Source: Utricularia gibba
Lineage: Eukaryota > Plantae > Magnoliophyta
DNA length: 64,000 bases
NCBI GenBank assembly: GCA_002189035.1
Contig: NEEC01000014.1
Span: forward strand, 1,984,001 to 2,048,000
Reading direction: 5' to 3'
The notes beneath the pieces were generated by a model, which was not told the DNA's origin, ran no database searches, and worked only from the letters and a program-made list of their open reading frames with translations. Shown here in pieces: positions 1 to 13,207 of the stretch (within the stretch, counting starts at the first letter, position 1; every line of letters begins with the position of its first letter). A program made the position numbers and the translations under genes.

Positions 1-96
1 TCTTTCAATTCTGAAGTTTTTCATACTTCATGCTCCTGTCTGGTTAATTCATTTCCAAATTTTGAGATTCCTGGTGATTTTTGATGTTTGTGGAAG

Positions 97-843
97 GATG
101 AGATTTGCAAGTCCATTTCTAACACCAGGGGTGTAGATGTTGTTCTTCATTGCATAGAAGAGAGTGGTTTACAGGGCAATGATACTGCGGGGCAAGCTTG
201 CTGCTCGTTACTGTCTAAGGTACCATCTTGAACATTTGCTAAGTAATCCATGCTTGGTTGCTGTTGCCTGAATGAGCTATGTGGATAGCTTGCAGGCAGT
301 GATGACATTAAGAGAGAAATTGTTGAACTGGGAGGCGTAGAGAAGCTCATAAACCTATCAACAAGATTTTCTGGTAATCCTTCAGTGCTTCAAGAGGTAA
401 GCATCTTGAAAATACGTGTGTATCATCGATCTTTCTATGCGTTTTCCCCAATTCCTACCACTTCTTCCAAGGTTATGTCCGTTATCTGCGCTCTCTGCTT
501 GAGAACTCCTGAGAACGCGGCCCATGCAATAAAATCTGGAGCCGGGGATCTCGCCATTGAAGCCATGCAGAGGTTTCCGCAGTCGGAACAACTTCAAAGA
601 AACTCATGCTTCATGATCAGAAATCTGGTGGCTAGGAATCCTGAGAACAGGTAAAAATCCCTTGGAATCCATTTCTTTTCTAATGTTAATGTCCTCTACC
701 CGGCTTTAACAACACGCAGAAAGCTTCTGCTGAACAATGGTATCGAGGAACTAATCAGAAGAGCAAAGCAGAACCACAAAAGCTGCAAAGACGCCGCCAC
801 GGATGCGCTCAGGGACTTGGGAGTTGCTAATTATAACTTGTGA
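97..843 (+). CDS. Armadillo repeat-containing protein 6-like (ARMC6), 3' exons only; gene extends off the left edge
   Basis: Spliced GT-AG exons read DEICKSISNTRGVDVVLHCIEESG...CCSLLSK / LAGSDDIKREIVELGGVEKLI...VLQE / VMSVICALCLRTPENAAHAIKSGAGDLAIEAM...NPENR / KLLLNNGIEELIRRAKQNHKSCKDAATDALRDLG; TGA at 841-843. Matches the plant ARMC6 C-terminus as I recall it. Confidence 0.85.
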
Positions 844-996
844 ACCCATCCTACTTCCTACTCACTGGAGATTTTGTTCAAATTCCGTTGTCTTGAAACT
901 GGATACTTTTGTTCACTTGTTGCGTATCTGGTTTGTGTTATCTGCTCTTCGACCAATTATACAATACTCAGGTTTTCTTAGAACCAGTAACAGCAT

Positions 997-1271
997 ATTT
1001 ACTCATTTTGGGAAATGGTGATATGGTATTTAAAAAAATGAAATAAATATTTCGAAAATAAGTAAATTTGTTTTTTATTTTTTTCGGAAACGAAAATGAG
1101 TAAATCCGATTTCTTTTTGAAAATGATTTAAAATATAATTTAAAATATTTATTTTAATATTATGATTAAATAATGAAAATTTAAAGAAATTTAATAATTT
1201 AATTTTCAGAAATACCATATTAGTATTTCAGAAACGAGTAAAAATAATATTTTCGAAAACGAGTAAAAATA
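997..1271. repeat. AT-rich patch with nested inverted and direct repeats (possible decayed MITE-like remnant)
   Basis: ATTTACTCATTTT (997-1009) is the reverse complement of AAAATGAGTAAAT (1093-1105). ATATGGTATTT (1021-1031) is the reverse complement of AAATACCATAT (1210-1220). AAACGAGTAAAAATA occurs at about 1232 and about 1257. Confidence 0.35.
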
Positions 1272-2043
1272 CTCTAACTATAACAACTACAATGCTGACA
1301 TAGTGAAATCACTGCTACTGAAAATAGTGTTGTTCATTTCTGGGGATTCCACCGGAGATGGGTTGTTAGACAACAATGTCTGTACCAGAAGAACGAATGC
1401 GTGCCCAGGTTCTTTCACCTTCCGAAGCATCGCCGCCGTCTCGCCGCCGAGATGGTGGTGGCACAGCCGGGCCGTTCAAAGCCTTCATTTCCGGCCCAGA
1501 CTTAGTCAGGGCGGCGCGACTAAGTGGGCCGACAAAATGGCATCACGGTTTGGCCCATATCAACTGAGGTGTGTTCGTTACACGTGTCACTCGGGGGATA
1601 AGAAGTACGTCACACTAGCCGTTAAAATCCTATTGCATGAGGTTGAAGAAATTTCTTCGTCTCACGAGCGCGCACTCTCTTCCTCACAACGCGTCGTGTA
1701 ATAAATAAAAGGCGTAGGATGGAGGAATCGCTTTACCAGCACGAGAATCGCAGAGTCCTCTTGAGCCATAAAGTGATGTTTGAGCAATTCAATGGGGTGG
1801 GAAGAAAAACCAGAATTGGTTTTAGTGGCGGGTGAGGTGTGTCATGTGTGGCTTATGGGTAAGCAAGTGATGTTCTTCACGAGGATGTGAGGCCGACCAT
1901 TTCTCTGTATTTGGTTTGTCAAGCTTATCTCGTCGGTCATTCTTTTTTTGGAGAAGTTTTGGATATTTTTATACACCTTTAACGAGGCGGGAGTTTGTGG
2001 GATCGTATGCGTTCTTTGATTCTGTGTTGCGGAAGTTTCTGGG

Positions 2044-3871
2044 ATGGATATTCCAATTTTTCATGATAGCGATAGGTTTGAGCTGATTAGGGATATTGGA
2101 TCTGGAAATTTTGGCGTTGCGAGACTGATGAGGGATCGCAAGACAAATGAGCTTGTTGCTGTGAAGTACATAGAAAGGGGTGAAAAGGTATTCTAAATCT
2201 TTGAATTTTTGTGTCCTTGTGTTTGTTCTTACCTTTACTTGCGCGTGTTTGTTTTGCTTTTCCATTATATATTTTGTTGAATGTTTTTTTTTCTGTTTCT
2301 GTGAGAGCAAGCTAATTTCAAGTGACTTGACCCGTTTCTTCTGCATAACTCTTTGTGCCGAGGTTGTTTTAACTTATTTTTCTTTGGCAGATTGATGAAA
2401 ATGTCCAGCGAGAAATCTTTAACCATAGGTCTCTGAGGCATCCGAATATTGTCAAGTTTAAAGAGGTGAATTTATTCTAAAATCTATTGAAGTTATGCGG
2501 GTTTTTAGTGTCAACTTTCTCAGGTACTACTAACGCCAACTCATTTGGCAATTGTGATGGAGTATGCAGCTGGAGGTGAGCTCTTTGAGCGGATATGCAA
2601 TGCAGGGAGGTTCAGTGAAGATGAGGTATTTATTGTAAGATTATTTTGTGTTTCAGGAACTTCTGATATCATCGCATGCTTGAACTTCGATAAAATTGTT
2701 GTAGGCAAGGTTTTTCTTCCAGCAACTAATATCAGGGGTCAACTACTGTCATTCTATGGTACTTAAATAATTGAAATGCATCTCTTTCTTGTTCATGGTT
2801 GACGAGCCCACTTCCTGAGTTTTTTATCTTTTCTTTAATGTATGAAGCAAATATGCCACCGAGATTTGAAGTTGGAGAACACTTTGCTTGATGGAAGTAC
2901 AACTCCTCAGCTTAAAATTTGTGATTTTGGCTATTCCAAGGTATATTGAATTGGAGCGCCTTTACCTATAACTACTTCCTCCCTGTAAATCAAGTTGTTG
3001 ATTCATTTTAAGCCTTTTTTAAGAATCTAGTTTCAGTCTATTCACTTGTATCACACATTTCTTTCAGTCATTGCTTCATTCTCAACCCAAATCAACAGTA
3101 GGTACCCCTGCATACATTGCACCGGAGGTGTTGCACAAAAAAGAATATGATGGGAAGGTAGGCTTGCTTCTCACCACATGCCATTACAATTTTTTGTTCC
3201 ATTCAACAAGTCCGTGATGAAGTGCTGTAAAATTCCCTTGTAGATTGCAGATGTATGGTCTTGTGGAGTAACTCTATACGTAATGCTGGTGGGTGCATAT
3301 CCTTTTGAAGACCCTGAGGATCCGGGGAACTTCAGGAAAACGATACAGGTATCTATCTGGCTATGGCTTATGTCAATAACACGATCATTTCCCATCTTGC
3401 CATATACCATTATTGCTCTATGTTCTCAGCGAATCTTGGATGTCGAGTATTCGATCCCAGATTACGTGTATGTATCTCCAGAATGCCGTACTTTGCTCTC
3501 AAGAATGTTTACCGCAGACCCAGTAAAGGTTTGACGCAAGCGTGCCGTTTCCTTCTATTTGTTCAGAGTTTTCCCTGATCTCACTTGTTCCTTTGCACAA
3601 TGCCTTTCAGAGGATTACAATTCCGGAAGTAATGAGCCATGAATGGTTCCTCAAGGATCTGTCAAAAGACTTCACAGTCGATATGTCAGCGGTTCAGTTG
3701 GAGCAGCAGGAGCAAGCACAACAGTCTGATGAAGAAATCATGCAGATAATAGCGGAGGCCGCCACCCCACCAGCCGGAGCAACCAGTCTCTACCTTGATG
3801 ATGATACGGATGAAGAAGACACAGACAGTGATGTTGGTAATGGCAGCGGCGAAATCGTGTATGCAATGTGA
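2044..3871 (+). CDS. SRK2E: SNF1-related protein kinase 2, subclass III (OST1/SnRK2.6-like), multi-exon
   Basis: ATG at 2044 reads [31 protein letters not shown]; [38 protein letters not shown]; SnRK2 box [13 protein letters not shown]; acidic tail ending SGEIVYAM, typical of subclass III. The exact ortholog assignment is inference. Confidence 0.9.
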
Positions 3872-4229
3872 AATCATGCAAGAAGCGCATCTGTGTTTCA
3901 CTATTTGGACCGTAGATGAACGAATCCTACAGTACACTATACACATACACCTGTCTGCTTGTTACAAATAATGTTCCAAGGTATTGCATAATAGATCATG
4001 AGCCACATTCTAAGGGAAGAGAAGATAGAATGCGCCTTCTCCAGACACTGCTGCGCTTCCTCAAAGATTGTAAAACAATAGGAGCAAAGCACATTCTTTA
4101 CAGCATCTTCGTCTGTTAGGTAAAACAACGGGAGCAGAGCAGGCAAATTCTTAGTGGGAGGCTACGAGTATGAATAAGCAAGAATAACAGGTACAGAAAC
4201 GGGAGATTATTTACAAGAGCTTTGGATGA

Positions 4230-6615
4230 TCAAGGTGCAGGGAATGAAGTAGCCACAACTACGTATTTTAGGCACTGAAGACCATCTTCCATCCTCCCCA
4301 AGGCTTGCCTGTGCTCAGCATGCAGATGAGCCGTAAATGCATCGGCTTTCTCCTGGACTGCTTTGTCTGAAATGGCTTCCTGTGAGACTGCTGCAGTGCT
4401 TTTAATTGCTGCTAAATAGGACTCTGCTATGTCCGATATGCCTGAGAAGAGTAATTGCATACAACAAGATGAGGGAAATATGCAACTTATATTGCAAATA
4501 ATACATGGGAAGACATCCAAGATAACATCACCAGTAATGAAACTGTTGAACACTGATTCCATGTTCCCAACCATTGATGCTGCCCTGGTTCTAATAATTT
4601 TCGCTCTTTCCACGGAGTCCTCTGGCCAGTCAATTTTTACCCCCTCTTCAGTTTCTTGAATTTCCCCTTCTGCTGAGTTTGGTATCATTGACTTACCAAG
4701 CATCAGCAACTGTGTTACACCAAGGCAGCACATTTCTGAGAGTCTCTGCCAGATAGGGAGATATCTGTTACAAATGTGATACAGGAGAATGACATGCAAG
4801 AAAATTTGTCCAGAAACTAGCGGAATTTATACATACATGAACCCCCTCTGAATGAAGAGCGTCAAGTCTCCCAGAAGTCTTCTGAATGATGTCATTTTGA
4901 GTCAGCCCTGACAGAGCGCTCTCCAATCTGCAAACTTACTAGTGTAAGGTAATGGAAACCAAGAAAAATGAAGAGCCCTAAAAAAGACTCACCCAGCAGC
5001 CAATTCAGCAGCTTTGCGCACACTGGAATCATGCATTTTTTTCCATTCAATGTCATTTGCTGCCTCAACCTTCTTTCCTTTTTCTAGTTCTGTAACATTC
5101 CCGTCGAATTCAGCATGTATGTCAAGTAAGTTTTGGACTTCTTTTAGTTTTCCTTCATACATGGACCGTTGATCAGAAGACAGTTTAGCCTTTCTTCGGT
5201 TATACAACAGAGCATAATGGTTAGATAACGCCTCCAACTCCTGTAGGATAGCATCCTCAGAACAAGAAAAATATGAACAAGGGGAATCAGTGATGTTATT
5301 AGTACCTCCAACTGCTCAGGGCCACCATAAATATAAAAGCATCTATCAAATGTTACTTCCTCAGCTAACTGGTCATCCATCTTCCCATCAGGTCTTCTCC
5401 CCACACCAGTCTCAGAAATAATAAGATCCATTGTTTCTTTTCCAACTTGCTCAAGCACATGTAAACCCTTTCCCATAATCGCCTTTCCACTCTGTTAAGG
5501 AAATCAGAAATCTGAAATCTGGAATGACACCAAAACAGGGTAAACAAATAAATAACAAATAGTTCAACCTCCAGCAGAGATGGTGCTGCAGATCCATTTG
5601 ACACCGGCATACCACCATGCTGAATCGAGTCAGCTAAGTTTGTAGCTGTATCCTCAATCCTGTGGTAGATCACACAGTTAACATAAAAAGACTTGTATTT
5701 CCATAAACAAAGAAAAAAAACATAAAAATTTGAGAGCTAGTTTGATAGTTTTTCTAAGAGATCAAAGTTTCAAACATCACAAATATTTATAATTCATGCA
5801 AATTAAATTGGATTACCCTTTCCAAGCAGTTCCTAGAGCTTGCCAGGCTCCAGAAGCGAAGGATTCCACTGATGTGTCAATAACTTTCAGTCCCTGTTAA
5901 AATCATCACCAGAAGAATTTGACATGCTCTCAGAGGCAGAAGCCGTAAAAGATAGTCGTGAATCTAAGAGAAATTCTCTGAAGTGGAGTGAACATAGAAC
6001 AGGAGAAAAAATAGCAGAAAAAATATGAACTTCTTCCAAAAAAAAAAACAGCTCACTTGACTCAAAAGCGTTTCTTGACTGGCGTTCTCAAGCTTATCCA
6101 GAGTAGCCATACGGCGGTCATAATTCTCATCATGAGTCTCCGCTTCAACTGCAGATGCTTGTTTATCCTCTTCCTTAGAAGTTTCCGAATCTTCCTCTAT
6201 GCTATCCGCAATGCTTTTAGCTGCAATCTTAGCAGCATCAACAGCCTGCACCCAACATAACCCACCGAAAATAATCAATATCAAACAGAAACAGGCGGCA
6301 CTGCCACAAAGCCACGGATTTTAGTTCCATCCATCTCCCACTGTTCAAACATTTTCAGAAAAAAGCTAACAATAGGTCAATAATTTCTAAGCTTGTGTCG
6401 CTAGAAATAGAACTTACATTGCGAGATATCTCTTCGGCCACCACCGTAGCAGCCTTCTGAAGATCCGAAAGATACGAAAACGGAGAAAATCCCCAACCCC
6501 CCCATCCAGCGGTGCCTCCTTTTTCCGAAGGTATATTCTTCCCATCTCCCGATGCTTCTGTGTTATCCACTTCAGGCTTTACTTCCGCGTCATTGGGCTT
6601 CTTCGATTCGTCCAT
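4230..6615 (-). CDS. FAM114/BAT2-domain-like plant protein, multi-exon
   Basis: ATG at 6615 (MDESKKPND...); conserved GWGGWGFSPFSYLSDLQKAATVVAEEISRN, TFDRCFYIYGGPEQLEELEALSNHYALL-type, RKAAELAAG and GLQCLKYVVV segments joined by GT-AG introns; stop at 4230-4232. Confidence 0.8.
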
Positions 6616-7336
6616 TCGCGCTTCAAATCTCAGCGACTCAACCTCCACAGTATCTGCAAACTGCAATTGACTGCAAATTCCGAATAAACCGCCGAATCTA
6701 TCTTCGATCAAGAACGACACCTCAACTGACTTCCCGAGAATCTGTGATCCAATTTTCAACGCGGGCTACTAAAATGATCTGATACGGCGACGTTTCACCT
6801 ATTAGATGCTCTTTGCCAAAAGGGTCGGCCCAGATCTTACAAATCAAGCCCATGGATCAAATTTAAAAATTGATAAACAATTATATTTAATATTCTTTAT
6901 TTGTAATTGAAAAAAAAATCGTACAACAAAACCCATTCTTACCCCTAATCACAAAGGACAACGAACAAACGGCAAGGGAGTGAATTTAGTCATTTACACG
7001 TATCGCCACAGGCGCAGGGTGTCAAAGACAACGACGTCGCCGTTTTGATCTTCCGTTTTCCCCAGAATGTTTCGTTACCTGACGAATTGGAGGAATCTGT
7101 AGAGAATCATCATCCCCTGTAGTTGGAATTTCGTGATTGTGATTCCTGAAGGCTCTGAAATTCTATACTTCCTTCAGATAAGAAAGGAGGGGACTTGCGT
7201 TTCTGGTGTTGCTGTTCTGGGGCTACTCAATAATCGGCGAATCACGTGCTTTTTCGGTATTCAACGGCGAATTATTCGGAGGAACGTTTGGATTGGCTAT
7301 AGGAGAATATTTGTGGTGCCTGCATTTTTGAGGACG

Positions 7337-10300
7337 ATGAAAGGTCTCCAGGATCTGATCGAAGAAGCGAAGCTTCGTACAGTATGGTGGATGCTTTGTT
7401 GGTTTGCAGTGTGCTATTTCATGACGCGTAAGTTTTCAAGTTTGAACTTTTGCATTTAGTGTTCTCGGATAACCTGAATATTTGGTCTTCTTCTGAGAGA
7501 GTATTCTCTGTCGCTGAATCTTTTGCATGCTGGTTACACGGATACTCTTGCTGATTGCAGATACAAGCAAATCGATGTTGATGAATTTGCCCATAGCCCT
7601 ACTATTTGTTTTTGGATTGAGATTTTTGTTCAATGAGGTGGATTTTCGATGGAAGGTTCGGAGCTACCAGCCAAAATCCTACGTGTCACACTTAGAAAAA
7701 AAACAACTTTCAGTAAACGATTTTCGCCTTACAACCCAGCCTGCTTCACAAAAATGGAGAAGGAAAATAGATTCCCCCATCGTGGAGGCTGCTATTGAGG
7801 ATTTTGTCAACAATATTGTGCGTGATTTTGTGATAGATTTGTGGTTTTCTGAGATAACACCAGACAAGGAGACACCAGAGCTAATGCATTCAATGGTCAT
7901 GGATGCACTTGGGGAAGTTTGTGCACGTGTCAAAGAAATCAATCTTGTTGAGCTGTTGACAAAGTAGGTTTGAACGTTGTTTTACTGGAAACAAAATATT
8001 TATCATTATGGGAGAGAGTAAAAAACCTCATTCAAATTGCAGAAGCGTGGTGGACCTGCTGGGTGATCACCTTGATCTGTTTAGAATGAACCAAGCTGCG
8101 ATCGGTGTGGATGTAATGGCAACTTTGTCTTTTGAAGAAAGGGATGATAGGCTCAAGCACCATCTTCTGGAATCCAATGAACTGCACCCCGCTTTGATAT
8201 CTCCAGAGAGTGAGTACAAGGTGTAGAGGTGTTCTAACTCAAGAATGGTCTTGCCTAAATAATATTCCAGTTCCTTTTTTTAGATTTCTGTGATGAACTC
8301 TGCTTTTTGTTACATACAGGTTCTTCAGCGCATTGCTGGTGGAATTTTAGCTATAGTGCTGAGGCCAAGGGATGCCCAAAGCCCTCTAGTTCGATGTATT
8401 GCACGTGAATTATTAACATGCCTGGTTATCGAACCACTACTTAATTTTGCAAGCCCAGCGTGAGATGCTATTTTTTCTAGTTCTTGTTTTAATTAGTTGA
8501 AATCATGTGATTTTTTACTACAGAATTTCTGAACTCAGAACTCATGTTTCAGGTATATGAATGAGTTGATCGAATGCATAATTTCATACAATATTGATGG
8601 GTCCAAAGATACTCTCAATGAGCAGTCAACTCACGCAGAGAATCATAGGGGTGATCTTCTGATCTCTGAGGAACATGATCAAAGCAATAGATCTAGTTTG
8701 AGGAAAAATATGCCCTCAAGAAACGACGTTAAGTTTATGCCTCGTTCCATTGGAGAAAGGGTGGTACAAGCTGATTGTGGTTCAGATGCCTTGAATCCAA
8801 TAAGGTCTGAAACTTCAAATATTGTTAATCCAATGCAGGGTGAACCTGTTCCAGCCCGTCATGCTGAATGGGCAAAAGCATTTGAGGCTGCCACACAGAG
8901 AAGAACAGAAGTACTTACGCCAGAGAATCTTGAAAATATGTGGGCTATAGGAAGAAACTACAAAAAAAAGCTCCAACAGGCTGGAATAGGGGAAAAGGGT
9001 GGTAGCATTGCAGGTTCAAGTTCTCTGAGCAACCAATTAGATGAGAAGAATTGTGTAGGAGAAATTTCAAACAGCAAGCCTGAAACAAGTACAAGGATTG
9101 AAGAAAGTAATTATGCGGAATGTCCTCCTAGGCCACAATTGCATAATGCATATAGTGATCTCCCTGACGATGCTTTGCAGCATTTACAAGAGGTTAATGA
9201 AATGCTTTTCGAAAAAGAAAGCTCTAGCCTTGATGATCTTAACGACACTTCCATTGCTGCCTTGGAGAAAAGGAATAAGCTTAAAAGATCGAGCAGTACT
9301 TCTGACTTGAATGTTTTTTCAAACATTGAAGATGGTATCAAAGGCAAAGCCAGTGTGCCCATCATAAACGAGTACTGTAGTGCAGACTTTCAGAAGATAA
9401 ATGTGCAAACTATGATGAGCAGGTCAGACATGGTAGTAAATCATGACCGATCAAATGCTCAAAAGCTTAAATGTCGTGTAAGTTCTGCAATATCCGTTCA
9501 CTTTTTTCTGTTTTTGTTGTTTCAGTGGATTATTAGTTACTGATATTGTAAACTTCTTAAGCACAGCAAAATACCTAATTAAACAGTTTATGAGTGAGTT
9601 TGCCTTGGTTGTTTTATTTGACTGGAGAGATAACATTAAAAAGAATTTTTCGAAAATTTTGAAATTTGTGATATAGCTGATTAGTTTTTATTTCATTTCT
9701 GTCGTTTGGTTAATTTAACGCATTTTGATACCCTCTTTTCATGTTCAAGGCAATTGGGTATGCTTTATCACTTGGTGTTTCATGGCACTACTGATAGATT
9801 GCACTTGACAGGTTGTTGGTGCTTACTTTGAGAAAATAGGCTCTAACTCTTTTGCTGTCTATTCGATTTCTGTAAGTGACTCTGGAAAGAAAACATGGTC
9901 AGTGAAAAGGAGGTAAATTTCTGTCTTCATGGAGTAAAAAGTACTTTCTAATAAACAGCAAAAATATTTATTGTAATTGACAACATTCCGGTTTCACATG
10001 TTTGAGCTCTTGCTATGGACTTTATCTGCAGGTATAGGAACTTTGAGAGACTGCATAGGCAATTGAAGAATATTCCAAATTATACCTTGCACTTGCCACC
10101 CAAAAGGATCTTCTCTTCAAGCACAGAGGATGCTTTTGTACACCAGAGATGCATACAGCTTGACAAGTATCTTCAGGTGTAGTTGTCAATATTTTTTCTC
10201 TTGCCATGCTCATTATCGTTTTAATGGGAAACTTTATGCAGGATCTTTTATCAATTGCTAATGTTGCTGAGCAACATGAAGTGTGGGATTTTTTCAGTGC

Positions 10301-12746
10301 TCATTCAAAGGTGTGGGTTTTATTTTGAAAATTATGCAACAAATGCATGTTCTGAACTAATTATTGTTTCCCTTAATGAAGAATTACTCGTTCGGAAAAT
10401 CTCCTTCAGTAATGAAGACTCTTGCAGGTAATATCACCATAGTAAGGAATATTAAATTTTGTGTGGTTGATTTCTAAGTTTAGTTTTTGTTTTACATTTT
10501 TCAATATCAGCATTCTACATTAGGAGGAATTCTGTTTAGGATGTATGATTAGTGCAAACTTCTCACGGAACTTCACATCATTTTATACTTTTTGAACGCA
10601 TTGCATTAAATATATATGTGTATATATATATATATATACAGTTTTTTTTTGTGTAAAACAGTTAACGTGGATGATGCTGTGGATGATATTTTTCGACAAT
10701 TCAAGGGTGTGTCTGGCAGCCTTATATGGAAGGTTTCTGGCTCATCATCATCATTAGAACAGGATGCTTCTGTTACCCAACGACATTTGTCCTGGAATGC
10801 TGATGAACAAAGTAAATCAGCCATTATACAAAGTACCAACAACTCAATGAATAATTATTTGGACAATGATGAAGATGATAAGGATACCAACAATAGGGAA
10901 AAAAATCTTCAGGCTGTTGTCCCTGATGTTGAAATGATTTCAAATCTAGAAAATCCTATCAAAAGAAGTCTTACAATTGATGACTCGGATTTGAAGGAAA
11001 TTCACAGCTCAAGGTTGAGATCTAAATCAAGCAGTGTAAACAGTTACTTGGAAACACCACTAGCTTTATCATCTGTTATCAAGGAGGATCCAACAAGCGT
11101 ACCACCAGAGGTACTATTAGATTTGAATTAATTATTTTCATTCCTACTTTCTGCAGGTGAATATATCTTTTTCATTTCTTTTTTGCGCCATTGGTTTATT
11201 ATACGGGTGCTTTCCTTGATGGAATTTGATACGCTTTCAGTGGTCACCGCCAAACTTAAGTGTTCCAGTCTTGAATCTGGTCGATAAAGTATTCCAGCTA
11301 AACAGAAGAGGGTGGATAAGGTGATGGTTATCTTTGGTTTTTTTCCCAACACTGATTATTATCGGGTATACTGACAAAAGCCTTTAAATGTGGCTGACTG
11401 CTTGGAAGTGTGGTGCTTTTGCTTCTAAGGATGATCATTTCATTAATACATAGCCTGCCAAATTTTGGCTCATGAGTTTTACCCAAAATACAGGAGGCAG
11501 GTGTATTGGATATCCAAGCAAATATTGCAGCTGATCATGGAGGATGCTATCGATGACTGGCTTTCAAGTCAAATCCAATGGCTGCGCAGAGAGGATGTCA
11601 TAGCGCAAGGGATTCATTGGGTCAAAGATGTAAGCAAGACACTTTTTAGACGGAAACTTCATAATTGGCACCCCTTTCATTCCTTTTTTTCTCTTCTTAT
11701 TTTCTATGAATTCCATTATTTTAGTTGCTTCTCAAAGCAAGAGCAAGTAGCATCTAAATGGTTTTACTTGTGACAATTCTAAATGGCAAACCTTGCGTAT
11801 TCGTGAGATGGGAATGCTCTCATGTCTTCTTAGTCATCATTAAAAGATTCAAACAATTACCATTTCTTTTGCCTATGATATGTTGCGGCACATGATCATC
11901 TACATTAAATTTTTGAATTTTTGCCCTATCTATGGATTTTCTCTTGCCTGGTTTGTTTTAAAAACCACATTTTCCAGTAAACTGTATGGTCGTAATATTG
12001 TTTTTCGCTTCTTCCTAGGTCCTGTGGCCAAATGGGACATTCTTCCTTAAATTGCGGTCTCAAGGTCCCCTAGGTGATTCTGAAGCAACAACGAAAGCAG
12101 AGGAAATGAGAACCGTACCTCGCACAAGAGGTGCTCAACCAGGAACTTTTGAGCAACAGCTGGAAGCTGCTCGTCGAGCTAGTTATGTGAAAAAGATGAT
12201 TTTCGGTGAGTATACATATATATATGTCTGTGTGTATATGTGCATGTTGTTTTCTTTGTTCTCTGCAGCTTTTTTGACTTGCTCGATCCTACCAACAAGA
12301 TGTGGAGCTGGATGTATTTGATTACTTAGAAAATTTTGAATATCATCTTTCAAGAAATTCCAAAGATAAAATCATATTCCTTCAGCACTCTATAATAGTT
12401 GTCTAGCAATTTTCAGATGGTCATTGCCTTTTTCTTCCCTGCAGATGGTGCGCCTTCTCCTTTGGTCAGTTTGATAGGTTATAAACAGTACAGGCGATCT
12501 GCCCGGGATATATACTACTTTCTTCAGGTACATCCATGTGAATCCGAATGTCACCTACCTTTCCCAATGGCCGTGCCTGCAATAAAATGTCTTATACATT
12601 GGAACCTTCATTTACTGCAGTCCACAATCTGTTTGAAGCAACTTTGGTATGGGATACTGGAGATTTTTCTTATATCAGTCTTCCCTGAATTGCGGGACCT
12701 TGTCGTAGATATTCACAAAATGAATTCCCAGTCGGTCTGTGTATAG
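7337..12746 (+). CDS. PXA / PX (phox) / nexin-C domain sorting-nexin-like protein, multi-exon
   Basis: MKGLQDLIEEAKLRTVWW start; PXA segment WRRKIDSPIVEAAIEDFV..IVRDFVIDLWFSEITPDKE; PX segment YRNFERLHRQLKNIPNYTLHLPPKRIFSS; WISKQILQLIMEDAIDDWL; C-terminal STICLKQLWYGILEIFLISVFPEL. Confidence 0.88.
10607..10638. repeat. (TA)n microsatellite in an intron of the PX gene
   Basis: Direct reading: TAAATATATATGTGTATATATATATATATATA just upstream of the acceptor region. Confidence 0.8.
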
Positions 12747-13207
12747 TCCTTTCATCTCTGCTACTCGGGCAAGGATTCTACTACAACAAAAAAAAAAAAA
12801 AAACAAAAGATGGCAAGGATTTTTGTTGAGCTGCTGCTCCTACTCTTTATTCCTGCACGAGTATATTGCTCCACAGTCGAAATGCCTCTGCTTGTTGAAG
12901 CCTCAGGTCACATTCCTTGCTATAAATTTTTGTAAAATGCATGTACAATGTACATACAACAAAGAGCATAAAGATTTTCCAGGTTTTGTAGATCTGTATG
13001 GTTCCATGTATTGTGTACAGGCCAGAGCATATTTTACATAGAAATTGTGATCAAAGGGAATATTGTAGCCATAGTGATGTATTGAACCAGCACCAAGGCA
13101 ACAAGATACCAAACAGCATGCTGGCGTATAAGCTATAGAACTCAACCCCAGGAAACTACTACCAAAACAAAATCATGGCGTGCAGATTGAATGTAAGACC
13201 TCTGCTA

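Noticed and set aside
10330-10381. CCTTAAT near an acceptor in the PX gene as a U12 branch point
   Set aside because: The matching donor is GTGTGG, not the U12 consensus GTATCCTT or ATATCCTT.
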